Of a stretch of 64,000 nucleotides of DNA, positions 11,275 to 20,659 are shown in pieces. The translations under genes were made by a program, and so were the position numbers. Origin of the DNA: an uncultured delta proteobacterium. Lineage in GTDB: Bacteria; Desulfobacterota; Desulfobacteria; Desulfobacterales; UBA2156. The stretch is taken from the NCBI GenBank assembly GCA_963736855.1, contig CAVTQK010000009.1, positions 192,001-256,000 of the forward strand, in the 5' to 3' direction. Position 1 is the stretch's first letter. The number at the start of each line of letters is the position of its first letter. A model generated the notes under the pieces. That model was not told where the DNA came from, searched no databases, and saw only the letters and a program-made list of their open reading frames with translations.

Positions 11275-12057
11275 CTACATTTTTCCTGCATGGACAAGGG
11301 AACGAGTTTTCGAAACGATATCCTTGCTGTCCATGAGTGAAGTCCCGACCAAAACAGCCTGAATCCCCAACGGCTTCAACTTCTCGATATCCTCCGCACT
11401 CCGGATTCCGCTTTCACTGACGATAACGCAACCCTTAGGGATCAGGGGAGCAATCCGGATCGAGACGCCGATATCGACCTGGAAGGTATCCAAATTGCGA
11501 TTGTTGATCCCGACAACGAAGGCGTTGCATGCCATGGACTTTTCAAGATCTTTTTCATCGTGAATCTCAACCAAAGCCGCCATCCCGAAGTTTTTGCAGA
11601 TGCCGAGCATTTCCTCCAATTGCTCCTTGGATAAGATCCGGGCGATTAAAAGAACTGCATCTGCGCCGTTTATAAAAGATTGAGCAATTTGCACCTCATC
11701 GATAATGAAATCCTTCCGCAAGACCGGAAGGCAAACCGCTTTCTTCAGGACAGAAATATCCCGGATATCCCCTTCGAAAAATCGCTTATCCGTCACTAGG
11801 GATATCGCGGCCGCCCCGGCGGTTTCATAGGCTTTTCCGATCCGGGAGCTGTCCCGCTTTATAAAAAAACGACCCGAAGAAGGAGAGGCGTATTTGACTT
11901 CCGCGATCAGATTGATCTGTCCGGTCCTGCATACGGCCTCCTTGAAATCGCGGACGGGAAGCAAATCGGCGTTCCGGTTTTCTCCGACGCCTTTCGCTCT
12001 GAGCATTTTGACTTCTTCGACTTTTTCATCCATGATCTTTTTCAGAATGGGGTTCAT
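11275..12057 (-). CDS. trpC: Indole-3-glycerol phosphate synthase
   Basis: IAEVKYASPS, LRKDFII, GINNRNL and SESGI motifs. Confidence 0.97.
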   Translation of the reverse strand: MNPILKKIMDEKVEEVKMLRAKGVGENRNADLLPVRDFKEAVCRTGQINLIAEVKYASPSSGRFFIKRDSSRIGKAYETAGAAAISLVTDKRFFEGDIRDISVLKKAVCLPVLRKDFIIDEVQIAQSFINGADAVLLIARILSKEQLEEMLGICKNFGMAALVEIHDEKDLEKSMACNAFVVGINNRNLDTFQVDIGVSIRIAPLIPKGCVIVSESGIRSAEDIEKLKPLGIQAVLVGTSLMDSKDIVSKTRSLVHAGKM

Positions 12058-12064
12058 AACTCTT

Positions 12065-13147
12065 TTATGCTCTTTTTCTTAAAAATGGGTTGCATTGTTT
12101 TGTAAAGGCGATGAGTTGGTCAAGCTTTTGCTTCGCACATCCGGAATCGATGGATTCTTTGGCCCTCTCAATGCCGCCCGGAAAATCATCTTCCAGGCCT
12201 GCTGCCATGAAAGCCGCAGCAGCGTTGAGAAGGACCATATCCCTCTTCGGCCCCTTTTCGCCGTTTAAGATCTCCCGGATGATTCGGGCATTCTCTGTCG
12301 CATCGCCTCCCTTGATGGTTTCCGGTAAAGCCCTCGTCATCCCCACGTCTTCAGGTATCATAAAAGAGGTGGTCACGCGGCCTTCTTCCAATCTGGAGAT
12401 TTTGGTGGAGCCGCAGATACTGATTTCGTCGAAGGTCCCTTCTCCGCAAACCACAAACCCGGCCTTGGTTCCCAACCTCTGCAGGACATGCGCGATCTTT
12501 TCCGTTAAATCCATGTCATAAACACCGACTACCTGGGCGTTGGCGCCTGCCGGATTGCACAGCGGTCCCAGGAGGTTGAAAATGCTCCTCAGGCCGATTT
12601 CCTGTCTCGGCCCTGCAACAAATTTCATGGCGCCATGAAACAAGGGCGCATACAAGAAACCGATTCCCACCGTATTGATGCAGCTTTCCACATCGGAGGT
12701 ATTGAGATCCAGGTTGAGGCCCAGACCGGCCAGGACATCGGCGCTGCCGCATCGGCTGGAAACCGCTCGATTGCCATGCTTGGCGACTTTAACGCCGGCC
12801 CCGGCTACGACTAAGGCTGTGACAGTGGAAACATTGAAGGTATTTGTCCCGTCCCCTCCGGTTCCGCAGGTGTCAAGAACGGTCTCCTCCTCGATGTTGA
12901 TTTCATCGCGGTCGATACTCACGCTCTTGCAATGGTTTCGGGCATTGACCGGGGTCGCGTGGGCCCGCATCATCCTGGCTGCCCCGGCGATCTCCTCGAC
13001 GGTCTCCCCCTTCATCCTCATGGCGGTCATGAATGCACCGATTTGCGCCGGCGTCGCTTGTCCCGTCATGATGATTTCCATGACGCGCCCCATCTCCTGT
13101 TCCGTCAGATTCTCGTGCTTGACGAGCTTGGCAATGGCTGTTTTCAT
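12065..13147 (-). CDS. trpD: Anthranilate phosphoribosyltransferase
   Basis: DTCGTGGDG..TFNVST and KHGNRAVSS motifs; AAGGAGG RBS before ATG 13147. Confidence 0.97.
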   Translation of the reverse strand: MKTAIAKLVKHENLTEQEMGRVMEIIMTGQATPAQIGAFMTAMRMKGETVEEIAGAARMMRAHATPVNARNHCKSVSIDRDEINIEEETVLDTCGTGGDGTNTFNVSTVTALVVAGAGVKVAKHGNRAVSSRCGSADVLAGLGLNLDLNTSDVESCINTVGIGFLYAPLFHGAMKFVAGPRQEIGLRSIFNLLGPLCNPAGANAQVVGVYDMDLTEKIAHVLQRLGTKAGFVVCGEGTFDEISICGSTKISRLEEGRVTTSFMIPEDVGMTRALPETIKGGDATENARIIREILNGEKGPKRDMVLLNAAAAFMAAGLEDDFPGGIERAKESIDSGCAKQKLDQLIAFTKQCNPFLRKRA

Positions 13148-13730
13148 TGTTTTTTTCCTCCTTGTTGATGAGTTGAACAAAGTTTTGAATGATTTGAAAG
13201 CCTCCGTCGGTTAGGATCGACTCCGGATGAAATTGAACACCTTCAACTCGGTAGCGTTGATGCCGAAGGCCCATGATTTCATCATCTGAAGTCCATGCAC
13301 TCACCGTGAGACATGCCGGCAGGCTTTTATGATCCACGATCAGGGAATGATAGCGCGTGGCTTCAAAAGGGTTGGGCAGAGTCCGATACAGCAAACTCCC
13401 GTCATGATGAATCCGTGATGTTTTTCCATGCACGAGACGTGCTGCAGAGACTACCTTGCCGCCGAAAGCCTGGGCGATGGCCTGATGCCCCAGACAAACA
13501 CCCAGAATCGGAACCTTTCCGGAAAATTGATGAATGACCGCCATGGAGATTCCGGCTGTATCCGGACAGCCGGGACCCGGCGATATGACGATTGCAGACG
13601 GCTTCATGTCGGCAAGGGTATCGACGTCGATGGCGTCGTTTCGAAATACCCGTACATCCGAAATCAATTGCCTGAAATATTGAACCAGGTTGTAAGTGAA
13701 TGAATCATAGTTATCGATAATCGCGATCAT
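12903..13730 (-). CDS. trpG: Anthranilate synthase component II (glutamine amidotransferase); the domain ends near 13150 but the frame runs on about 245 nt into trpD
   Basis: IDNYDSFTYN, SPGPG, GVCLGHQ and QFHPES motifs; the expected stop near 13145 is out of frame by one base. Confidence 0.9.
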   Translation of the reverse strand: MIAIIDNYDSFTYNLVQYFRQLISDVRVFRNDAIDVDTLADMKPSAIVISPGPGCPDTAGISMAVIHQFSGKVPILGVCLGHQAIAQAFGGKVVSAARLVHGKTSRIHHDGSLLYRTLPNPFEATRYHSLIVDHKSLPACLTVSAWTSDDEIMGLRHQRYRVEGVQFHPESILTDGGFQIIQNFVQLINKEEKNNENSHCQARQARESDGTGDGARHGNHHDGTSDAGANRCIHDRHEDEGGDRRGDRRGSQDDAGPRDPGQCPKPLQEREYRPR

Positions 13731-13758
13731 GTTTTCCTTCCCCATCTGCAGATTTTAA

Positions 13759-15231
13759 TTACCGAATCAGCTTAAGGGCCTGATTCATGGCCTCGGCCTT
13801 GTTGACCGTTTCCGTCCACTCTTTTTCGGGATCCGAATCCGCTACGATTCCGGCGCCGGATTGAAGAACCAATCTTCCCTTTTCGATCTGTGCGGTCCTT
13901 ATGGTAATGGCCAGATCCATGTTGCCTGAAAAAGAAATATAGCCTACGGCGCCCCCATAGGGCCCTCGAGATGACTGCTCCATCTCATTGATGATTTCCA
14001 TGGCGCGAACCTTAGGCGCGCCTGTCAAAGTTCCTGCCGGGAAAACAGACCTCAATAAATCCCAAGCATCGGTTCCCGGAGATAAATTGCAGCAGATATC
14101 GGATACCAGGTGCATGACATGGCTGTATCGCTCCACGTGCAGCAGTTGGGTCACGTGAACGCTTCCGGTCTCCGCCACACGGCCCAAATCGTTGCGACCA
14201 AGGTCCACCAGCATGATGTGCTCTGCTCTTTCCTTTTCGTCTTTGAGGAGATCTTTGGCCATGGCTATGTCTTCTTCCTCGTCGATTCCCCGCTGCCGGG
14301 TGCCGGCGATGGGACGAAGAAAGGCTTTTCCGTGTTCCAGTCTCACCATGGTTTCAGGAGAAGAACCGATCAGCATCGTTTCTCCCATGTCTAAATAAAA
14401 AAGGTACGGAGAAGGGTTCACGTAACGAAGGGCCCGATAAAGCTTTAAAGGATCCGGCGGATTTTCACATATAAAAGGATGGGAGATTACTGTCTGGATG
14501 ACATCTCCGGCACGGATGTAGGATTTGACTCTCCGGACTTTTTCAAGAAAGACTTCTCTTTTAAGGGTCGGCATGAGCGTATGACCCGTATCCGATCTAT
14601 TCGCTTCGATTTCAGGAGACGGATTTAATGCTGTTTCACACAGATCACTCAGTCGCTTCCTGAGTAGACGGTAATCGGCGGAGGCATGTCGGCCCGGTGT
14701 TACAAAGTATAGGATCAAAATGGAGATTGTCTTCCGGACATTGTCGAAAATGATCAGAGCATCCGGTACGATGAACTGGGACAATTCCACTTCCGGATCC
14801 ATTCGATTCGGAATCTTTTCAAAAAAAGAGACCATCTCGTAATTCAGGTAACCGACCATTCCGCACCAGAACCGAGTGGACTCAAAGACCGGCGCCGGCT
14901 TGAACTGTCTTGTGAACGCCTTCAGATAGCCCAAAGGATCCCCCTGGTGATTGTATTTATGGATCCGGCCGTTTTCTTCTACCTGGATCCGATCTGAAAA
15001 AATCCGGATCCGACTCCTGTTCGAAATCCCCATGAAACTGTATCTTCCCCATTTTTCCCCTCCGGTAACGCTTTCAAAAAGAAAAATCGGGGTCTTCAGG
15101 CGGCAGAATTTGCTCAACAGGGTAATTGGAGTCTCGGTATCACATAAAATTTCCATACAAAGTGGAATCACATTATATTGTGATGCCATCCTATTAAATG
15201 TGGTTTCATCCGGAAATTCTTTCAGGTACAT
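13759..15231 (-). CDS. trpE: Anthranilate synthase component I
   Basis: LFESV, NPSPY, PIAGT, AEHIMLVDLGRND and FPAGTLTGAPKVRA motifs. Confidence 0.97.
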   Translation of the reverse strand: MYLKEFPDETTFNRMASQYNVIPLCMEILCDTETPITLLSKFCRLKTPIFLFESVTGGEKWGRYSFMGISNRSRIRIFSDRIQVEENGRIHKYNHQGDPLGYLKAFTRQFKPAPVFESTRFWCGMVGYLNYEMVSFFEKIPNRMDPEVELSQFIVPDALIIFDNVRKTISILILYFVTPGRHASADYRLLRKRLSDLCETALNPSPEIEANRSDTGHTLMPTLKREVFLEKVRRVKSYIRAGDVIQTVISHPFICENPPDPLKLYRALRYVNPSPYLFYLDMGETMLIGSSPETMVRLEHGKAFLRPIAGTRQRGIDEEEDIAMAKDLLKDEKERAEHIMLVDLGRNDLGRVAETGSVHVTQLLHVERYSHVMHLVSDICCNLSPGTDAWDLLRSVFPAGTLTGAPKVRAMEIINEMEQSSRGPYGGAVGYISFSGNMDLAITIRTAQIEKGRLVLQSGAGIVADSDPEKEWTETVNKAEAMNQALKLIR

Positions 15232-15267
15232 CGCCGAATTCCTTCCTTGTATCGGTTATGCTCAAAT

Positions 15268-15300
15268 AGAAAGGGCCGCGATTTTCTCACGGCCCTTTCT
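15268..15300 (-). terminator. trp leader hairpin B (terminator-like)
   Basis: mRNA AGAAAGGGCCGUGA-GAAAA-UCGCGGCCCUUUCU, 14 bp with one G-U, followed by AUUU. Confidence 0.7.
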
Positions 15301-15301
15301 T

Positions 15302-15345
15302 GAAAAAAATAAAACCGTGAGCGTCTTCCCTGCCTACGGTTTTTA
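15302..15345 (-). terminator. trp leader hairpin A with U-tract
   Basis: mRNA AAAACCGU...ACGGUUUU followed by AUUUUUUU. Confidence 0.65.
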
Positions 15346-15384
15346 TCTGTTTTATTTTTTTGCTTCTTTACTTTAGATCAAAAA

Positions 15385-15480
15385 TTACCTCCCGCCGACA
15401 AGGCTCCAATTTTCGCCTTGCCATCGCCAGAATCCATCTCCATTCAGCGAGGATGGATTTATGAATATCCTTTTCTTCAA
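15385..15480 (-). CDS. trpL: Putative trp leader peptide (31 aa, TTG start): (M)KKRIFINPSSLNGDGFWRWQGENWSLVGGR
   Basis: Three Trp codons including WRW, directly upstream of terminator hairpins and trpE. The start codon and RBS are weak. Confidence 0.65.
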   Translation of the reverse strand: MKKRIFINPSSLNGDGFWRWQGENWSLVGGR

Positions 15481-15541
15481 AGCTTTATATCTCTTTATAT
15501 CTTTCGTAAAATATAACCCTCATGGGTGTCAAGTAAAAAAA

Positions 15542-16003
15542 TCATTTGTTTTCGGAAATCATATCGCCCATGGCCCGAAGCGCCATCCGATAGCCCTCTG
15601 TTCCGAACCCCGAAAGAGTTGCTGTGGCAATATCGGAAATCATGGAGCGATGTCGAAAAGGCTCTCGTTTATAAATATTGGATATGTGCACCTCCACAAT
15701 GGGGATATCCAGACAAAGCAACGCGTCTCGAATCGCGATGCTGGTGTGGCTGAAAGCAGCAGGATTGATAATGACCCCGGCATAGCCCTCTCTGGCTTCC
15801 TGGATTCTGTCGATGATAGCGCCTTCATGGTTGGACTGAAACATCTCAACCTCAATCCCCAGCCGCCTGCTGTCATTTTCCAATTCTTTCCGGATGGTCT
15901 CCAGTGTCTTTTTTCCATAGAGGCGGGGTTCTCTTTTGCCTAAAAGATTCAGGTTGGGACCGTGAATCACCAATACCTTGGCTTTTTGTTTCTTCACTTT
16001 CAT
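15542..16003 (-). CDS. aroQ: Type II 3-dehydroquinate dehydratase
   Basis: HGPNLNLLGKREP, INPAAFSHTS and EVHISN motifs; GGAG RBS before ATG 16003. Confidence 0.96.
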   Translation of the reverse strand: MKVKKQKAKVLVIHGPNLNLLGKREPRLYGKKTLETIRKELENDSRRLGIEVEMFQSNHEGAIIDRIQEAREGYAGVIINPAAFSHTSIAIRDALLCLDIPIVEVHISNIYKREPFRHRSMISDIATATLSGFGTEGYRMALRAMGDMISENK

Positions 16004-16016
16004 CAATTCTCCAATT

Positions 16017-16874
16017 TTAAAGCACCTTCCTCTGATTTTTTTCCTGCCTGGCATCACCGACTGCCTTGGTGTAGCTCCCTAAAATTTTCACAAACAAAGC
16101 ATGGGATGAAAGCTCCTGAACGGCACCGGCGACAGCAGATGAATCCCCCCCGGCTTCAACATCCGCGTAAAAAACGTACTCCCAGGGATTATCCGGTATG
16201 GGCCGGGATTCCAGCTTGGTCAGGTTCAATTGATTTTCCTGAAAGATTTTAAGGCAATCCACAAGCGCCCCAGGCCGATGCCGGGTTTTAAAGGCCAATG
16301 AAGTCTTTTCCTGAAAATCACTGATTTCCCCCTTTTGATTTTTTGCGATGACAAGAAAACGCGTCGTGTTGGTCTGAGTGGATTGAATATTCTTTTTCAG
16401 GATATCCAGGCCGTAGATCTCCGCGCATAGTATGGAAGAAATGGCCGCCCACTTTTTTGAAGAGCGCTTCGCGACCTCCTTTGCCGCACCGGCCGTATCA
16501 TAGGCCGGGACCGCTTTGAGGCCATGCTGTCTGAGAAACGCCTTGCATTGATTAAGCGCATGGGGATGGGAAAGCACGCGGGAAATATCGACGAACCGCG
16601 CTCCTTTTTTGGCTAAAAGCATGTGGGCAATAGCCATATAGACCTCCGCCCGGACCACGACATCATGACTCAGCAAAAGATCGTAGTTTTCTACTACCGT
16701 CCCCGCAATGGTGTTCTCGGCAGGAACGAATCCGAATTCCACCTTTGCTTCCATGACGGCCTTAAATACTTCTTCAAAGCTCGCACAACTCACCGGTTGC
16801 GCCTCTGATTTGAAATGCCTTTTCAGCGCCATTTCACTGTAGGCTCCGCGGATTCCCTGAAAGGCGACTCTCAT
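16017..16874 (-). CDS. pheA: Monofunctional prephenate dehydratase with ACT domain (no chorismate mutase domain)
   Basis: VAFQG..GAYSE, NTTRF and LTKLESRP motifs. Confidence 0.93.
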   Translation of the reverse strand: MRVAFQGIRGAYSEMALKRHFKSEAQPVSCASFEEVFKAVMEAKVEFGFVPAENTIAGTVVENYDLLLSHDVVVRAEVYMAIAHMLLAKKGARFVDISRVLSHPHALNQCKAFLRQHGLKAVPAYDTAGAAKEVAKRSSKKWAAISSILCAEIYGLDILKKNIQSTQTNTTRFLVIAKNQKGEISDFQEKTSLAFKTRHRPGALVDCLKIFQENQLNLTKLESRPIPDNPWEYVFYADVEAGGDSSAVAGAVQELSSHALFVKILGSYTKAVGDARQEKNQRKVL

Positions 16875-17629
16875 GCTTCCAGCTCTTTTGCAATCTCCTG
16901 CATGGCATTCACGAATGCCATGCGGATTTTCCCGGCAAAGGGGTTATATCGGTGCATGTCGTAAAAAAGCTCCCAAGTATCGTTTTGAACTACATTCAGG
17001 ATATGCAGCAGGCGTTTGTACCCCTCGGTGTCCATCTGCAAGGGTTTTGCTCCGCAGGCAGAGAGACTGCGTCCGATGAAGTGCGTTAAAGAAAGGCTGA
17101 AAGCAACCTCACGGTCGTGGGCTTCTGGAGTGGATTCGATGAGGACCAGCCCCTTCGCTTCCAAGTATGCTTTGATTTTCCGGTAATCCGGAGTCTTGAG
17201 CCGAACCGGACAAAGGAATATTTTATGCCCGACCAAGGAATCCGCAGCGCTGTCCGGACCGAACATGGGATGACACGCCAGTATGGACGTAAAATGGGGC
17301 AGGATCCTTTCCATCCATTGAACCGGATAAGTCTTGACGGAGCACACATCGATTACCAATGCATCCTCCTTCAAGTGCGGTGCCATTTGTTCGAGTAAAA
17401 GCTTCATCTTGGAAATGGGAACGGCCAGTATCACCACATCCTGTTTGCAGACCTCGGGAAGGTCGACAGGAATCGCGCCGAGGGAGCGAATAGAATCCGC
17501 CGAATCGATTTCATCATAAATATAAATTTTAAAATCTTCCATCAGATGTCTGGCCATGAAGCGACCGAACCGGCCGAAACCGATGATGCCGATCATTATC
17601 GCCTTTCGATTCTTTCCGATTCCTTCCAA
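16871..17629 (-). CDS. tyrA: Prephenate/arogenate dehydrogenase
   Basis: GIIGFGRFG, DVCSVK, HPMFGP and HD motifs. Start is TTG 17629 (GGAGG RBS) or ATG 17596. Confidence 0.9.
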   Translation of the reverse strand: MEGIGKNRKAIMIGIIGFGRFGRFMARHLMEDFKIYIYDEIDSADSIRSLGAIPVDLPEVCKQDVVILAVPISKMKLLLEQMAPHLKEDALVIDVCSVKTYPVQWMERILPHFTSILACHPMFGPDSAADSLVGHKIFLCPVRLKTPDYRKIKAYLEAKGLVLIESTPEAHDREVAFSLSLTHFIGRSLSACGAKPLQMDTEGYKRLLHILNVVQNDTWELFYDMHRYNPFAGKIRMAFVNAMQEIAKELEA

Positions 17630-17648
17630 TTCAGAACCTCCAGCCAAG

Positions 17649-18725
17649 TCACCGGATCTTTTGCCTTGCGGCCAAATCCGCAAGGACCAAAGCCGCCATG
17701 CCTTCAACGATCGGCACGGCCCTCGGGAGGACACAAGGATCATGCCGGCCGGCCCCTTTCAGCACCACAGGATTGCCGTCGTAATCCACAGTTTCCTGGG
17801 GCTTGGCGATGGTCGAAGTAGGTTTGAAGGCCGTTCGAAAATAAATGGCTTCTCCGTTGGTGATTCCTCCCTGGACTCCTCCGCTGAAGTTGGTTTTTGT
17901 TCCCAGACGACCGTTGCGCTTGACAAACAAGTCGTTGTGTTTCGAGCCCGGCATTCGGGTTCCCTCAAATCCCGAACCGATGTCGAACCCCTTGCATGCC
18001 GGTATCGAGAGCATGGCTTGGGCCAGCATGGCCTCGGTCTTATCAAAGACGGGTTCTCCGAGGCCTGCGGGAACACTGCGGCACACACACATGATGATGC
18101 CGCCCAGAGACTCGCCGGCATCACGGGCTTCACGGATGGCCCGGGCCATTTTTTCGGCGCAGGGCCCTTCCGGGCACCGCACCGGGTGGCGATCCGCATC
18201 AGCCCGTGTGACGATCTCAGGATCCACGGTTTCGCACGAAATGGATCCGACAGCCATAACCCATGCCACGATCTGTGTTCCATAGCTCTCAAAAAGGATT
18301 TTTTCGGCTACGGCGCCGGCGGCGACCCTGGCTGCGGTCTCTCTTGCGCTGGCCCTTCCCCCACCACTTTTTGACTGGATGCCGTACTTTAAGCGATAAG
18401 TGTAGTCGGCATGCGATGGACGGGGAATGTTCGCTAATTCCCCGTAGTCGGACGGGCGGCTATCCTTATTATCGATATAAAGGGCCACAGGCGTTCCCAG
18501 CGTCTTTCCGTCCTCTACACCGGAAAGAATCCTTACCCGATCCGCCTCTTTTCTGGGGGATGTAAGCGTGCTTTGTCCGGGGCGACGCCGATCGAGTTGG
18601 GGCTGGATATCTTTTTCCGAAAGGTCGATCCGGGGAGGACACCCCTCGATGACCACTCCGATGCCCGGCCCATGAGATTCACCGAAGGTCGTGATTCGGA
18701 ACAATGTGCCGAAGGAACTGGACAT
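17649..18725 (-). CDS. aroC: Chorismate synthase
   Basis: [21 protein letters not shown] and GRHDPC motifs; GAGGA RBS. Confidence 0.97.
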   Translation of the reverse strand: MSSSFGTLFRITTFGESHGPGIGVVIEGCPPRIDLSEKDIQPQLDRRRPGQSTLTSPRKEADRVRILSGVEDGKTLGTPVALYIDNKDSRPSDYGELANIPRPSHADYTYRLKYGIQSKSGGGRASARETAARVAAGAVAEKILFESYGTQIVAWVMAVGSISCETVDPEIVTRADADRHPVRCPEGPCAEKMARAIREARDAGESLGGIIMCVCRSVPAGLGEPVFDKTEAMLAQAMLSIPACKGFDIGSGFEGTRMPGSKHNDLFVKRNGRLGTKTNFSGGVQGGITNGEAIYFRTAFKPTSTIAKPQETVDYDGNPVVLKGAGRHDPCVLPRAVPIVEGMAALVLADLAARQKIR

Positions 18726-18750
18726 GATATTATTCCTCAAGAACCGTTAC

Positions 18751-18832
18751 TGATGGCTTCGTAAAAAGTCCATCTCTCGCTTGCAAAAGCTTTTTACGAA
18801 GCCATCAATTTTGAGTTTTTACGATTTCATCA
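18751..18832. mobile_element. MITE copy 1 (82 bp), TSD TTAC
   Basis: Ends TGATGGCTTCGTAAAAAG ... TTTTTACGATTTCATCA, flanked by TTAC at 18747-18750 and 18833-18836. Confidence 0.8.
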
Positions 18833-19398
18833 TTACTGACGTCGCAAAGGTTTTTTGGTTTAACCGGATGGATCGACTCCCGATTTCGGATCAGACAAGC
18901 CAGAATTTCTCCGGCCGTTGCCGCCGCAGAGCGTACGTCGGTGGAAATTGAAATATCCGCAGCCCATGCGTACAGCGGCGTTCGTCCGGCCAGCTCCAGA
19001 TCGATTTCTTCTGCAGCCCCTTGTGAAGTTAAGGCCGGACGGAAAGCATCTGTTGCCGGATCCGCCATCATTCGGGATCGGATGGTTTCGGATCTGGCTG
19101 TCAGCCAGATGATTTTTCCGTTTTTTTTCATGAGAGTGATGTTTCGGTTCTCCAGGACAATCCCTCCGCCGGTGGCCACGACCTGCCGATTTTTCTGAAT
19201 GATGTCTATCAAAGCCCTTTGTTCCCAGTACCTGAAAACCGGCCATCCTGAGATTGTGACGATCTCTTTGATGCTGCATCCGGAAGCCGCTGTCACCCAA
19301 TCGTCGGTATCGACAAAAGACCATTCCATTCGGTCGGCCAGGACTTTTCCGATGCTCGTTTTTCCCGAACAACGGTATCCGATAAGAAAAAGGTTCAT
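18805..19398 (-). CDS. aroK: Shikimate kinase
   Basis: GYRCSGKT P-loop, FVDTD, VATGGG and RPAL motifs. The stop codon lies inside the MITE. Confidence 0.93.
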   Translation of the reverse strand: MNLFLIGYRCSGKTSIGKVLADRMEWSFVDTDDWVTAASGCSIKEIVTISGWPVFRYWEQRALIDIIQKNRQVVATGGGIVLENRNITLMKKNGKIIWLTARSETIRSRMMADPATDAFRPALTSQGAAEEIDLELAGRTPLYAWAADISISTDVRSAAATAGEILACLIRNRESIHPVKPKNLCDVSNDEIVKTQN

Positions 19399-19399
19399 C

Positions 19400-20659
19400 T
19401 CAATGCAGCCCTTCCCAAATTTTCCAGAAATCCGGAAACGATTTTCCTACGCAGGCATCGTTATCGATATAAACACCTGGTGTCTTTAGGCCGGCTGCGG
19501 CAAAGCTCATGGCGATCCGGTGGTCATCCTGCGTAGCAATAACCGCCCCATGCGGAATACCCCCTTGAATGCTTAACCCGTCCTCATGGGCCGTAGCCTC
19601 AATGCCCATCTTCCGAAGCCCGGTAACCACCGTATCGATACGGTCGCTCTCTTTTCCCTTCAAGTGGCCCACGCCTTTAATGACGGTCCGGCCCTTTGCA
19701 TAGGCCGCAACCACCGCAATCGTCGGCACTGCGTCCGGGAGATCCGACATATCGGCCTCGATGGCATGCAAGGATCCACCGATCACGCATATCCCATCGG
19801 GTTCTCTCACAACCGTGCAGCCCATCTCCTCCAGCAAACTTACAATCCGCAAATCCCCTTGCCGGGTATCCGGATCGATACCGGTTGCGGTGATAGTTCC
19901 GCCGCTGATGGCCGCAGCCCCCCAGAAGTATCCGGCCTGGGAGCAATCTCCTTCCACCCAAAACCTTCGTGAGCGGTAATGCTGGCTTCCCGGGACGATG
20001 AAACGATCGTACCCGATCCGCTGAGAATGCACTCCGAAGGCTTCCATGACTTCTAGTGTGAGGTCTACATAGGGTTTGGATACCGGTCCGTGTGTGACCT
20101 CTATCTCGAGTCCTGCGGGTATACAAGGTGCCATGAACAAAAGACCGGAAAGGAACTGGCTGCTTCTTCTGCAATCGAGTCGAACCCTGGAGGCCAAATG
20201 GGAGCCGGCGACGATTTCAACCGGCGGGCATCCGTTTTCAGCCAGAGAGCGGGCCGGAACCCCCAGCTGATTCAAGCCGTCGATGAGCTCTTGGATGGGT
20301 CGCTGTTTCATGCGGTTGTTTCCCGTGAGCCGATAAATTCCCTCTCCAAGTACCACAAGGGCTGTCAAGAGCCGGATGGACGTTCCTGAATTCCCGAGAT
20401 CCAGAGTTTCCCTGCAGGATCGAAAGCGGCCATCGCATCCGACAACTTGAAGCCGATTTTCGTCTGTTTGTGTAATAGAGACACCGAGACGATCCAAAGC
20501 CTGAATCGTCAGGTTTGTATCTTGGCAGGATAAGGCATTGTCGATAATGGAAACGCCATGGGCCAGTCCCGCCGCCAACAAGGCCCGATGCGTCAGGCTC
20601 TTGGATCCCGGCACCGTGATTCGGTTTTCCGTTATGGGGCGAGGCTCTATGGGCTTCAT
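19400..20659 (-). CDS. aroA: 3-phosphoshikimate 1-carboxyvinyltransferase (EPSP synthase)
   Basis: PGSKS, GNSGT, SSQFLS, KESDR and DHRIAM motifs. Confidence 0.97.
   Translation of the reverse strand: MKPIEPRPITENRITVPGSKSLTHRALLAAGLAHGVSIIDNALSCQDTNLTIQALDRLGVSITQTDENRLQVVGCDGRFRSCRETLDLGNSGTSIRLLTALVVLGEGIYRLTGNNRMKQRPIQELIDGLNQLGVPARSLAENGCPPVEIVAGSHLASRVRLDCRRSSQFLSGLLFMAPCIPAGLEIEVTHGPVSKPYVDLTLEVMEAFGVHSQRIGYDRFIVPGSQHYRSRRFWVEGDCSQAGYFWGAAAISGGTITATGIDPDTRQGDLRIVSLLEEMGCTVVREPDGICVIGGSLHAIEADMSDLPDAVPTIAVVAAYAKGRTVIKGVGHLKGKESDRIDTVVTGLRKMGIEATAHEDGLSIQGGIPHGAVIATQDDHRIAMSFAAAGLKTPGVYIDNDACVGKSFPDFWKIWEGLH

Noticed and set aside
14951..15376. Plus-strand ORF ending in aromatic-rich YGFYLFYFF
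   Set aside because: Antisense to the operon; reflects the T-rich tract.
15369..15478. A second WRW in another minus-strand frame of the trp leader (AEWRWIL)
   Set aside because: No start codon between the upstream TAA and the Trp codons.
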